A stretch of DNA of 54,385 nucleotides from a virus (IMGVR_UViG_3300045952_000282:1-54385), one strand, 5' to 3'. Positions 8,149 through 18,094 are shown, numbered from the stretch's first letter. Notes: a model not told the origin generated them from the letters alone. Translations and numbers: made by a program.

Positions 8149-9404
8149 AGGTCCACTTCACGAAGCGCAGCCTTGAATCCCTAGAACCGCCGCGGGAAGG
8201 CTTCCAGCGCGTCGTCTGGGATACCGAGCTCCCGGGCTTCGGCGCGGTCGTCGGCCGACGCGGGATCACGTTCGTCGCGAACTTCCGCGCGAACGGGAAG
8301 CTCCGGCGGATGAAGATCGGCCAGCTAGGCGCGCCGCGGCCGGCCGGCGGGACCTGGACGCTCGCCGATGCGCGCAGGCGCGCGCGGGAGATCCTCGGCC
8401 AGGTCGCCGGAGGCGAAGACCCTAGCGCCGAACTCCGCGCGAACAAGGAAGCGCTCACGCTTGAAGAGGGGATCAAGCTGCATGTCACCGACATGCGGAA
8501 GCGAAAGTGCAGCGAGCGGTCGATCGAGACCTACGAAGAAGAGCTCGGCCGACACCTGAAAAACTGGCTGGATCGCCCGCTGACCGAGCTCACCGGTCTG
8601 ACGCTGCACAAGATACACAGCAAGCTAGAAGAACACCCACACGTCGCGAACCGCGTCGTTGCCGCAGTCTCCGCGGTCTGGAACACGGTCGACCGACTCC
8701 ACGAGCTCCCGGGTCGCAATCCTGCGTCACGCGTTCGACTGTACAGCGTCGAACCGTCGCGCCAGCGGATCGAAGATGAAGACCTCCCGGACTGGTACGC
8801 ACGCGTCCAGACCCTCACGCCGATCCGGCGCGACCTCTACCTAACATTTCTGTTCACCGGTCTGCGCTCCGAGGACGCGCGACACATCCGCTGGAACGAA
8901 GTAGACCTCGAGCGCGGCTCGCTCTACCGGCCGGATCCGAAGGGCGGCTCGAAGAAAGCGTTCACGCTCCCGCTCCCTAACACGATCGTTCAGATATTCA
9001 AACAACGCCAGGCGGAGAACGCGATACTGTTTGCACCGCACGGTGGCGATCATGAGTGGGTGTTTCCCTCGCGCTCGCGCAAAACCGGGAAGGTACAACC
9101 GGTCGCCGAGCCGAAGGAGCGCCGGACAAAGGACGGCAAGCGTAGCCGGAAGTCCGCCGACCTCGAGCAGTACCTACCCGGACCACACACGCTCCGGCGA
9201 ACCTACATCAGCGTCGGGCGTGAGATCGGGATCGCAGAAATAGACATGCACGCGCTCGCAAACCATTCATTTTCGAGCGGTAGAGTTCAGGATCAGTACG
9301 TCCGCCAGGCGTTCCAACACCTGGCTACCTGCCAAGCGCGCATCGAGGCCGCGCTCTGGACGCGGATCTCACTTTCCGACTTGCTACCGTCGACGTCGCC
9401 GTGA
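8145..9404 (+). CDS. int: Tyrosine integrase with N-terminal arm-binding domain (P4-like)
   Basis: WDTELPGFG arm domain; catalytic TGLR, HTLRR, NH and Y residues. Confidence 0.95.
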   Translation: MKVHFTKRSLESLEPPREGFQRVVWDTELPGFGAVVGRRGITFVANFRANGKLRRMKIGQLGAPRPAGGTWTLADARRRAREILGQVAGGEDPSAELRANKEALTLEEGIKLHVTDMRKRKCSERSIETYEEELGRHLKNWLDRPLTELTGLTLHKIHSKLEEHPHVANRVVAAVSAVWNTVDRLHELPGRNPASRVRLYSVEPSRQRIEDEDLPDWYARVQTLTPIRRDLYLTFLFTGLRSEDARHIRWNEVDLERGSLYRPDPKGGSKKAFTLPLPNTIVQIFKQRQAENAILFAPHGGDHEWVFPSRSRKTGKVQPVAEPKERRTKDGKRSRKSADLEQYLPGPHTLRRTYISVGREIGIAEIDMHALANHSFSSGRVQDQYVRQAFQHLATCQARIEAALWTRISLSDLLPSTSP

Positions 9405-9417
9405 TAGCGTCGACTCC

Positions 9418-9600
9418 ATGGGGTCAGAGCAGTACGTCGACGAGCGAGAGTTAGAGCGCCGGCTCAACATCTCGGCGAAGACCTGGCGCAACTGGCGCGC
9501 CGCACGAAAGGGTCCGCCGTATCGAAAGCTAGGGAAGCGGGTTGTCTACCTGTGGACCGAGGTGCAGGCGTGGATCGACAGGCAGAAGGTGGCCGCGTGA
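9418..9600 (+). CDS. Excisionase / AlpA-like HTH protein
   Basis: SAKTWRNWR..RKGPPYRKLGKRVVY....VQAWI. Confidence 0.85.
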   Translation: MGSEQYVDERELERRLNISAKTWRNWRAARKGPPYRKLGKRVVYLWTEVQAWIDRQKVAA

Positions 9601-10400
9601 GCGTCTTACCGCTGCATCACACGCACTCGCAGATCATTCGGCTCCTGCGGTGTCTTAAAAACACACCTGCAAACCCGAACACTACAAAACGCTGGTCAAC
9701 ATCTGCGCTCGTGCGCGCTGCGCGAATTAAATACCGGATCCTTACGCACGCCGTAAGGTGCGGAGTCGTGAAAATCAATCCGTGGGCCATCACCGACAAA
9801 GGAGAAAACTGGCTTCGTTGGGAAGATGGACAACTTAAAAGGAAAGCTAAGCTCATGCACGCCGACACAACAACCACCTGCCGCAACATTCTATTTTTAC
9901 TGTTTACACAACCACTCAATCCACTGACCGACGCCGCTAGGACCACGTCAGAGCTGCTGCGAGCGGTCGACTACTCCGCGAGTTCAAAGGAAGGGCGCCG
10001 ACTGCTGACCGCCTTGGCTAAAGACGGTTTGGTTTATCAGCCGGTCCCGGGCTACTGGCTTCTCACCGAAGCCGGGATAAAACAGCACGAACAGTTGAGT
10101 GTAATAGACAGACTAAAAACGATAAAAGAGCCAGTTGTCGCTGAAGATGGGCTGCAAAAAGCACGACGGCTCGTCGATCAACAATATAAAAAACCCCCTG
10201 TCAGCGATCTGGATCGCGTGGTGCGCCTCGAACGAAAAACTGCGGCGCAGAGGAAGACTCTCAAATACTACACCACACGAATCGAAAGTCTTTCGACCGC
10301 TCTGAAGAAATGCGAAGCCGAGCACAAAGAATTTCTTAATGCGCTTGATATGCTTCGTGCCCATCTTGCCCATCTTGGCGCGCTCGGAGCTCTGAAGTGA
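9597..10400 (+). CDS. Hypothetical protein, possibly tandem winged HTH plus coiled coil
   Basis: Repeated W.ITDKG / WLLTEAG wing motifs; GTGA coupling to the xis stop. Confidence 0.55.
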   Translation: MSVLPLHHTHSQIIRLLRCLKNTPANPNTTKRWSTSALVRAARIKYRILTHAVRCGVVKINPWAITDKGENWLRWEDGQLKRKAKLMHADTTTTCRNILFLLFTQPLNPLTDAARTTSELLRAVDYSASSKEGRRLLTALAKDGLVYQPVPGYWLLTEAGIKQHEQLSVIDRLKTIKEPVVAEDGLQKARRLVDQQYKKPPVSDLDRVVRLERKTAAQRKTLKYYTTRIESLSTALKKCEAEHKEFLNALDMLRAHLAHLGALGALK

Positions 10401-10618
10401 TCGCCACGTCGAGCAGCTTCGAAGATGCCACCTTCGACGACGAGCCGGACGATGAAACCGTCGAGCTACTCGTTCAACAAGGCTGGCGTGATTTTTTCAA
10501 CGGCCGGCCTAACGGGATATGGGCCGACATCAGTTGGTACTGGCTCGGGTGGGGTATGGCCCACGAAGCCGAACAAGCGCACAAGCTAGAAAAAGTCGAA
10601 GAAAGGAGAGCAGCATAA
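10397..10618 (+). CDS. Hypothetical protein
   Basis: Coupled ORF in operon. Confidence 0.55.
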   Translation: MIATSSSFEDATFDDEPDDETVELLVQQGWRDFFNGRPNGIWADISWYWLGWGMAHEAEQAHKLEKVEERRAA

Positions 10619-10773
10619 TGGAAGAAGTCACCGAGAAACTATCCGCCGAAGAGCTCGTTGTTCGCGAGCGTCTCGAAGACGCCGAGCTGGAGCGCTTGCT
10701 CCACGAGCTGGTGCTCGACCCGGCACACGCGGAGACGTGGGAGATCCTCGCGAGAGTGACGGTGTGGCTGTGA
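10618..10773 (+). CDS. Hypothetical small protein
   Basis: RBS AAGGAG; TAATG coupling. Confidence 0.55.
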   Translation: MEEVTEKLSAEELVVRERLEDAELERLLHELVLDPAHAETWEILARVTVWL

Positions 10774-11096
10774 AATTAACACCTAGAAAACTAGATGCAC
10801 TCGAGCAAGAGTTTATCAACACCAAATCTCACGATGAGCTAGGCTGCTGGGCGCATAAACACGCCGATGAAATCATCACTGCCTTACGTGAGGCGTGGGC
10901 GGAGCGGGACCTGGCGCGATCGGAATATACAGAGCTGCTCTGCAGCACACCGCTTGGACCGGATATCGCCCGCGAAGCCCGTGCCGACGAGCGTGAGGAG
11001 TGCGCGAAGATCGCTGACAAATATGATCAGGACGAGTGTGGCTCTAACTTCTGCTACTGGGTTGCAAGAGACATCCGCGCCCGGGGGAAACTATGA
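10770..11096 (+). CDS. Hypothetical protein
   Basis: GTGA coupling; EREECAKIAD...ARDIRAR motif common in phage small proteins. Confidence 0.6.
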   Translation: MKLTPRKLDALEQEFINTKSHDELGCWAHKHADEIITALREAWAERDLARSEYTELLCSTPLGPDIAREARADEREECAKIADKYDQDECGSNFCYWVARDIRARGKL

Positions 11097-11311
11097 CGCT
11101 ATCAAGCCACATTCAACACCTTCGCTCGCGCGGCTACAAGATCACGAAGATCTATCTGCGCGCCCGTCCGCGACGACCTTTATCAACCGCTCCGGTTGAG
11201 GTCGCCCCGGATCTCTGCGCGGAGTATCACACCGACTACATCATCGAGACCGAAGGCCCGAAGAGACGGCGGAAGAGTCGAGCGAAAGCTAAGACGATTG
11301 AGACTTCGTAA
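11093..11311 (+). CDS. Hypothetical basic protein
   Basis: ATGA coupling. Confidence 0.5.
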   Translation: MTLSSHIQHLRSRGYKITKIYLRARPRRPLSTAPVEVAPDLCAEYHTDYIIETEGPKRRRKSRAKAKTIETS

Positions 11312-11740
11312 ATCGCCCGACGCCGAACAGGAGCAGACCTACTAGGCAGAGGACACTCCCACTCTCGAAGCTGCCCTGCTGACAGGCCGTTGGACTGACC
11401 GCGGCCAGGAGCGCGCCGACTCCCATAAATAACTTACTCACCGCACCAGCGTATCAGCCGGAAAGTGTAAGTCGGAAGGTCCGCGCTTAATTTTGCGCGT
11501 TGTCGCCGTAACGCGCGGCTAAAAATGCATGCTGGCCAGCTACTTAGCTCTCCGGGCATGCGCTGTGCATTAAATAAATGCATGCACCCACATCTAGGAA
11601 GCGCTAGCCGACGTCGCCCGACAACCTCTCACCTAAATAAGCCCGACAAAGTGCAGATCTTGCGCGCTCCGTGTTACGTTTTAAGGCAGGGTGACGGGAG
11701 TCCCGCATGATTTGCGTGGCGTCGGGGCGCCCGGATTAGT

Positions 11741-12160
11741 ATGGGCACACGTCGTACACGTACAACGCACCATGAGCGACTCGCCGATGAAGGTTGGGCT
11801 CACGAGACGACGACGCTTTACAGCAAAGCATTTCATAGTGGCTTTTTTGCGCTGGTTGCCTATGTACCGGAGTTCGGGTGGGGCTGGAGCTTCCGACATC
11901 GCAACTGCACCATTACCCTCGCGAGCGGATTCGTTCGCAACCTTCTGCAAGCGCGAACCGCCGCTCTCAACGAGTTCGTCTCGTACAAAGAGGCCGCCCG
12001 TAAACTCCTCGAGCAGTCGCAAGGACACCACATCCTAGCCGCGCAGGCGCTCCGCACGCGCGCGGGCGACAACATCGACGCGATGTCTCCGTACAAAGCT
12101 CTTCTAGAGCTACTTGAAGACGCAGAGAATTGGGACAGCGAAGACCTGCCGGAAGACTAG
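11741..12160 (+). CDS. Hypothetical protein
   Basis: 139-aa ORF convergent with terL. Confidence 0.55.
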   Translation: MGTRRTRTTHHERLADEGWAHETTTLYSKAFHSGFFALVAYVPEFGWGWSFRHRNCTITLASGFVRNLLQARTAALNEFVSYKEAARKLLEQSQGHHILAAQALRTRAGDNIDAMSPYKALLELLEDAENWDSEDLPED

Positions 12161-13719
12161 CCGACCTTGCCTTGTTCGGTGCGGAGTCCGAGCGCCTTCA
12201 TCTTCGTCGCGTAGCTTGACGGAGTGCGGAAGTAGTTGAGCGCCTGCGTGAAGACGTCGACCTGATCGTCGCGCTTGCCGGCCGGGAACGCGCAGACCTC
12301 CGCAAGGAATTCTTCGACCCACGGCGCGCCGCGCGGCAACGCCACGTTCCCGCCTTCGACGTAGCTCTGCACCGCCATCGCCCGCGACTCTTTATCCGTA
12401 CCGACTTCGACTTCGATGATTCCCGGGATGTCGCGCCGGAGCTCTTCGACCACGTCCGGCCCCATGGCTTTCATCTCAACGATCACTTTGCGCGCGCGCC
12501 AGCGCTCACGCATGTCTTTAATCCGCCGCACCGTCTCGCGGAGCGAGATCTTCCCCTTCCACACTTCCAGCATGAAACGGTCGGGACCTTTGCGCGCAAC
12601 CGCGGCGATCGCGGTGTTCGAGCCCTTCAAGGTCTTCTTAGCCGCGCAGTCCACGGAGATAACGATATCCTCGAAGTTTTGCGGCTGTTCATCGTAATAC
12701 TTGAACCAGGAATATTTGAAGATCCCGCCCTCGCGCGCGAACGGGGCCTGTTGATACTGAGTCTGAAACTTGAACTCCGACTTCGCCCGCTCCGCTTCCA
12801 CGGTCTCAAGCGGGAAAATTTGAGGGCTGAGGCACTCGCCTTCGACCATTCGTATGTCGTACTCGCCGAGTGGCGAAGAACGACGCTCGCCGTCGAACAA
12901 CATCGGCAGACTAACCCGAGCCCAGCCGTGCTGCTCGGCCCAGGCGGCCAGGTCTTCGACGTGCGTCTTCTGACAAATCATGACCCGGGTCGAGAAGACC
13001 ATGCTGTTGACGCGGTTATCGACGGTGTTCACGTACCGGTCAATCACCGCTAGGCGCTGCACGTCCGATTCAACGTTGTTCGGGTCGTGCGGGTCGTCGA
13101 TCACAAGCATGTCCGCGCGTTCACCGACGATGTCCGCGTCCAATCCGCGCGCCGCGCGAAATCCGCCGATGGTGTTCAAGAATAACTCGACGCCGTCCGC
13201 GTCCCGGCGAATCTCCCACTCCGGGTGAAACGCCTCCTGGTACCACTCCGAGCGAATTAGGTCGCGCGCCATTCGCGAATCGCGAATCGCGACACGCGGG
13301 TTACACGACAAGCAAATTGCTTTCAGACCTGGCCAGCGGATCCACGCCCATGGGATTAAATACGTGAGGAATCGCGACTTCATGCACCCGGGCGGGATGG
13401 TGATGAGAAGGTTCTGCAAGCGCTGTCGGTAGGTCGTGTCGTCGTTCGTCTTTGCCCAATCCTCGACCAACACCTGCAGGTGATTCGCGAGGACGTCGAA
13501 GTACCAGACCCACGTGAGTTTCGCGGTCTCAACCCCGCTATTTGCCCACGCCTCGCGGAAGAACCGGGCGAAGGAGCGCCGGCACTGCTCGGCCAGGCGC
13601 TGCTGCGGCGTGATTGCGGACAGTACCGCGGTCACGATCGGTTTCACCTGACGGCCCGGCGGACAGACGGGACAGGTCCCGCCGGTCAGTTCGCGGATCG
13701 TGGTGTGGGTGCAGTTCAT
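12157..13719 (-). CDS. terL: Terminase large subunit
   Basis: Walker A-like IPPGCMKS, Walker B LVIDDP, QYQQAP, nuclease ISVD...DDQVD; ATG 13719 with GGAG RBS. Confidence 0.95.
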   Translation of the reverse strand: MNCTHTTIRELTGGTCPVCPPGRQVKPIVTAVLSAITPQQRLAEQCRRSFARFFREAWANSGVETAKLTWVWYFDVLANHLQVLVEDWAKTNDDTTYRQRLQNLLITIPPGCMKSRFLTYLIPWAWIRWPGLKAICLSCNPRVAIRDSRMARDLIRSEWYQEAFHPEWEIRRDADGVELFLNTIGGFRAARGLDADIVGERADMLVIDDPHDPNNVESDVQRLAVIDRYVNTVDNRVNSMVFSTRVMICQKTHVEDLAAWAEQHGWARVSLPMLFDGERRSSPLGEYDIRMVEGECLSPQIFPLETVEAERAKSEFKFQTQYQQAPFAREGGIFKYSWFKYYDEQPQNFEDIVISVDCAAKKTLKGSNTAIAAVARKGPDRFMLEVWKGKISLRETVRRIKDMRERWRARKVIVEMKAMGPDVVEELRRDIPGIIEVEVGTDKESRAMAVQSYVEGGNVALPRGAPWVEEFLAEVCAFPAGKRDDQVDVFTQALNYFRTPSSYATKMKALGLRTEQGKVG

Positions 13720-14279
13720 ACACCACACTCCGAACAACATCGGAAAGGGTAGTTCTCAACCGGGCCGGTTAGGTCGGCCAGCTGCTCGGTGACTTCGGCG
13801 CGTTCGGACTGGTGCGGCCGCGGTTTGCAGGCCGGACAGTCGCGAAGACCCGATCGCGAACAGTGTCGCTCGCGCCGACGACTGCGACTCACGATGCACC
13901 TCTAGTGATTTCAAGTAGATACAGCGATTTCGATTTTAGATCTGAAATTTTGAATACTTGGGCGATTTCGATTTCAAGATATGCGTATGTCAGGCTAGGC
14001 CGCCCGACTACATGTGGGGGGTGGGGGGCTGGTGTACGACCGGGTGGGTATCTGTGTGAATCCGCCTTACTTGTCGTGTGATAACCCCTATTAACACACC
14101 TATGATGGCGCGCATGGCGCGAATCCGAGTCAAGCAAGTGATTACAGAGGCTTGCGTTGTGGATTCTGGCGCAGAGTTGACTAGTCAACACTATAGGCAA
14201 CGTAACCATTCGCTATCACTAGGCTTCTCGGTGCAACCTAGGGTTAGCTTATTCCTGGGTTGACGGCCGCTCATGCTCG

Positions 14280-14750
14280 CTACTGGATAGCCAGCTCGGT
14301 CAAAGCTTCTCTATCTTCGCTCAGGTGAGCATGAGCTCGCTCCAGAGCCGCTAACTCGTCGTCGGACAGGTATCGGGCCAGCTCGTTGCCAATCTGGGCA
14401 GGCTCGACTTCCTGGACACGCAGGGTCGCAGGCGCTTGACCCCAGCCGCGGTCGTAGAGCAGCTTGGCCGCTTGCACGACAACGGCGTTCGCTGTGTGGG
14501 GATCCATCGCAATGTCGTAAACCTTACGCGTTAACTTAGCGAAATCCACTACATCGCGGACCATTGCGGCGAGACCTTTTGGCCGCCCGCCGCCAGGTAT
14601 CGGCGGGCTTCCCGGTAAAATCCTTCCGGTTTTTGGGTCGCGAAGCGGTTTGAGTGTTTTCGCGGCCGGTTTGTGTCCTTTGGTAGGCATATGTAGGGTC
14701 GTTGCGGTCGATGTAGGCGACTTTGATTTCGAGGCCCCCGTCAGGCCCAT
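14280..14750 (-). CDS. terS: Terminase small subunit (DUF5681-like); start may be 14690
   Basis: TGRILPG...GGGRPKG and AAKLLYDRGWG motifs; upstream of terL. Confidence 0.75.
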   Translation of the reverse strand: MGLTGASKSKSPTSTATTLHMPTKGHKPAAKTLKPLRDPKTGRILPGSPPIPGGGRPKGLAAMVRDVVDFAKLTRKVYDIAMDPHTANAVVVQAAKLLYDRGWGQAPATLRVQEVEPAQIGNELARYLSDDELAALERAHAHLSEDREALTELAIQ

Positions 14751-14856
14751 TTGGCTCGAAAAACAAGGAGTCTCAATCGCAGCTTACCACACCTTGCGTC
14801 GACGCGCCATCAATTTCCAGTCGACCGCCGACGAAGCTCAGCCAAAAACAAGGTCG

Positions 14857-14999
14857 AGTCCGTTCCATTCTGCTCGCCTGCTTCACACAACCTGTCCGTC
14901 AACGGTACGTAGTTCGTTCTCCGGCCTCCTACGGAGAGCCGGAACGAACCCGTACGTACCAGCGTTCCAGAACGCTACTAGAACGAACCGGAACGGACT
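14857..14999. repeat. Nested inverted repeats / multi-hairpin element
   Basis: AGTCCGTTCC...GGAACGGACT encloses a long hairpin at 14904-14960 and AGCGTTC-CA-GAACGCT at 14961-14976. Confidence 0.65.
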
Positions 15000-15606
15000 A
15001 CCTCTTCCTGACCGATTTACCCACGAGCGAGTTCCCCCTCCGACGTCTCGCCGCCCGGAGCGGACTATCCTTCTTCGGCCCACGCGCCTGTCCGTCTAAA
15101 TCCCACGTGTAGGTCTTCTTCCGAGGTGACGCCTTATCCACCGACACGAGGGCGTTGTACTCGAGCCGGTTCAAAGCCGAGTGCAGTTTAGTCTCATTAG
15201 CACCGCTCAGGAGCTTCAACTCCTGGTGACTCACCGAGCGAGGGTAGACCGCCTCGATAAGCCCTTGGAGCCACGGGTAAAGCCTCTCCGTGCCCGTCTC
15301 ACCCTCCGGCTCATACCGCCAGAGCCAGAGCCGTGGCGCGCCCAGTATCGCCAGCGACAGCGCTTTCCCGTTCTCCGCCAGTCCTTCGAGCTCTCCCCGC
15401 GTCTCGTCGACGCCCTTTCCGAGCTCTTCCGCCAACTTGTCGACGTCGGACGGTTGATAGTCGATAAGTTGCTGGATTGGGTTAGTACCGCGGGCCACCG
15501 TTTTCGTCGCCGCAGTAGTACCCGCACTCTCGAGCCGCGCGAGGCGTTTCTCGATTTTCTTGAGGAACTGTAGGACATCTCCCTTGTCGGCTTCTTTTCG
15601 TTTCAT
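14998..15606 (-). CDS. Winged-helix DNA-binding protein, candidate repressor
   Basis: Divergent from the replication operon; C-terminal ELKLLSG....LHSALNRLE...LV wHTH pattern. Confidence 0.55.
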   Translation of the reverse strand: MKRKEADKGDVLQFLKKIEKRLARLESAGTTAATKTVARGTNPIQQLIDYQPSDVDKLAEELGKGVDETRGELEGLAENGKALSLAILGAPRLWLWRYEPEGETGTERLYPWLQGLIEAVYPRSVSHQELKLLSGANETKLHSALNRLEYNALVSVDKASPRKKTYTWDLDGQARGPKKDSPLRAARRRRGNSLVGKSVRKR

Positions 15607-15756
15607 ACCCGTTCAGTGGAGCACGAAGCGTGCCGGTGAGTCAACGTTCATTCGTTTACGTGTATTCAGTCATCTAGCGAACCGTCGACGTGCAACACGT
15701 TGTGCAACGGTGGCGCAACTGGGGCAACACTCGCCAGTGAGGCCCCCAGTCGACGG

Positions 15757-15785
15757 TTGACTCCTGTGCGTCGACGGTGTACAGT
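15757..15785 (+). promoter_or_regulatory. Sigma70 promoter TTGACT-17-TACAGT with GTCGAC in the spacer
   Basis: Near-consensus boxes upstream of the primase-helicase gene. Confidence 0.65.
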
Positions 15786-15877
15786 GGACATACTTACCGC
15801 CCGTCCGCTTCCGCAGGTGTTCGACCTGACCCCTTGAGCCCACGGAAGCGACGCGGCATTTTTAGGGGTCACAGAGC

Positions 15878-18094
15878 TTGATAGTCACCTATTTCGCCCG
15901 CGGCTTGAAAGACATCTCGACGTCAAACGTTGTTGAGATGACGTGGGAGCAGCTGGTCGAGTCGCTCAAAACCCACGAGCGTCGAGCCAATAAAGAAGGC
16001 CCGGGGTTTGCGCCGACGGAGTTCAAGAAAGAGCGCTGCACGTGCGGAATGATGCACTGTCCACGCGAACGCGGTCATCGCATTAACCAGAACGTTGTAC
16101 GAGTCCACGCCCTGGCGCTGGACCTAGACAAAGGCTTCGACGGTAGCGCGATGACCATCGAGGCGGCGAACGCGGTACTCGAGAAACTCGTCGCGCGTGG
16201 CGTGGAGTTCTGCGTCTACTCGACCCATAGCTACAAACCGCCCGAGAAGGCGGCCCTACGCGCGCTTGTGCGTCTTTCTCGTCCAGTCGAGGCCGCGGAG
16301 TGGGAGAGGTTCTGGCACGCGGCGATTGGCTACCTCGGTATCCCCGTCGGCACCGGTTCGCAGAAAGGTAAAGCCGATCCGCCCGCGCGGTTCTGGTACT
16401 TGCCGTCCGCACCGGAGGGTGCGGAGGTTCTGGCCGGTAGTTTCCCCGGCGCCCCGCTTGACGTCGACGCTCTCCTGGCGAGTGCGCCGGCGCCCGAGCA
16501 GAAGAAGGAAAAATCGACCGGGATTTCTTACACCGACTTTCCCGAAGCGGACCGGAAGACCGTCGAGGCGGCGTGGACCGCGCTTCTAAAACACGGGCCG
16601 CACGTGCAGGGCCAGTCGTCTGACGGACACACCTTCCAGGCGTGTGCGATAGCTTTGAACGATTGGGCTCTGTCGGATGAGATTGCTTGGCCGTTAATCG
16701 AAGCGTGGAACAAGAGCAGTCAACCGCCCTACCCAGAAGACAAGCTACGCGACACGTTCGAGCGCTGTGCTAAACGTTACGCCACAGGTGAACCCGGGAA
16801 GGCGCGAGCGGATCATATCTTCGCGGAGGTGATGAAACCACTCATCCCAAAGCCTGAGGCGCCGGAGCTGGCGCCTGAAACGACGCACGAGTTTAAACCG
16901 GCATTGCGCGCGGATGAGATCTCGAAGCTGGAACGCAAGCCGAAGAAGAAATACGCGACATGGTGTAAAGCGCTCGACTTCGCGCTCGGAGGGGGTTTGT
17001 GGACTCGCCGTGTGACCACGATTTGTGCTCCACCTGGAGCCGGCAAAACCGCTTTCGTAACTCAGACAACGTTATACCTCGAACCGACGATTCCAGCGTT
17101 ACACATCAGTACTGAGCTTGATACCGAAGAAATGGTGTCGCGTTACGACGGTAACGCAAGCAATCGCTCATGGTCGCAGCTAGACGAAAATGCGATTAAA
17201 TGGTGTGACGCTCTAGATGGAAAACGTATCCACTTCATTGGCTGTGACGATCTACCGGCCGAGACTGACAAGGTGTTCGAGCTGATTGAGCAGAACATCG
17301 CCGCGCTCAAAGATAAATATGGTGTCGCGCCGCTGCTTGTCGTGGACTACGTACAAGACATTGTCCGCGGTGCCAGCGACGACAAGAAACGCGGAGCCGT
17401 CGGTATGGCAATCAAAGCTCTACGTCAAATAGCGGTGCACCACGACTGTGTTGTGATTGCGGTCTCGAGTGTTAGCCGCGGATTCTATAGCGGCGCGCAA
17501 ATCGAAAAGATGCGCGAGAATGATGATGCGCGTGTGTTTCTGGCCGCAGCGAAGGAGTCGGGTGACATCGACTTCGACTCCGGTGCGGTGCTTTTTCTTG
17601 ATGTAGACCCATCCGAAGATGGGAACGATCAAAACGCGCGGATTGCGATTGCGAAAGCTCGAAGCGGTCATCCGGGACGATTCGTAGGTGCGAAGTTCAC
17701 CGGCTTGACCGGGCGCTGGGCTGAGTCGATTGAGGCCGCCGAAGCAATGAGACCTGAGTCGCGCGCAGAGCGCAAACGGCTGAAACAGGCGACCACGGAC
17801 GCAGAAATCGTATTACGGATGGTAAGAGAACTGCACATAAAGAATGAGCACTTGGCGAAAACCGTTCTGGCCCAGAAGTGTGGCGGAAACTATAAACGGA
17901 TGTTGAGTGTGGTCGAACTCTTACTCGACGACGGACGTCTGGAGTCCTGCACCGAGTTTAATCTGCGCGGAAATAAGAACGTGGAGAAGATATGGCCTGC
18001 AGGTACGATACCTATGCCCGCGCCTGCAATCTCGAGCACAGAAGCGTTAACCGGGATCGAGAAGATTATAACTAACCGTAAACGCACTGATTAG
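15878..18094 (+). CDS. Primase-helicase fusion (prim-pol/PriCT plus DnaB/RecA-like helicase)
   Basis: LALDLD and YSTHS primase motifs; Walker A APPGAGKT, LVVDY, ESGDIDFD, AKARSG. Confidence 0.85.
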   Translation: MIVTYFARGLKDISTSNVVEMTWEQLVESLKTHERRANKEGPGFAPTEFKKERCTCGMMHCPRERGHRINQNVVRVHALALDLDKGFDGSAMTIEAANAVLEKLVARGVEFCVYSTHSYKPPEKAALRALVRLSRPVEAAEWERFWHAAIGYLGIPVGTGSQKGKADPPARFWYLPSAPEGAEVLAGSFPGAPLDVDALLASAPAPEQKKEKSTGISYTDFPEADRKTVEAAWTALLKHGPHVQGQSSDGHTFQACAIALNDWALSDEIAWPLIEAWNKSSQPPYPEDKLRDTFERCAKRYATGEPGKARADHIFAEVMKPLIPKPEAPELAPETTHEFKPALRADEISKLERKPKKKYATWCKALDFALGGGLWTRRVTTICAPPGAGKTAFVTQTTLYLEPTIPALHISTELDTEEMVSRYDGNASNRSWSQLDENAIKWCDALDGKRIHFIGCDDLPAETDKVFELIEQNIAALKDKYGVAPLLVVDYVQDIVRGASDDKKRGAVGMAIKALRQIAVHHDCVVIAVSSVSRGFYSGAQIEKMRENDDARVFLAAAKESGDIDFDSGAVLFLDVDPSEDGNDQNARIAIAKARSGHPGRFVGAKFTGLTGRWAESIEAAEAMRPESRAERKRLKQATTDAEIVLRMVRELHIKNEHLAKTVLAQKCGGNYKRMLSVVELLLDDGRLESCTEFNLRGNKNVEKIWPAGTIPMPAPAISSTEALTGIEKIITNRKRTD

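Noticed and set aside
15692-15728. GCAAC repeats as iterons
   Set aside because: Only 5-mers with irregular spacing (12, 11, 9); too weak to call
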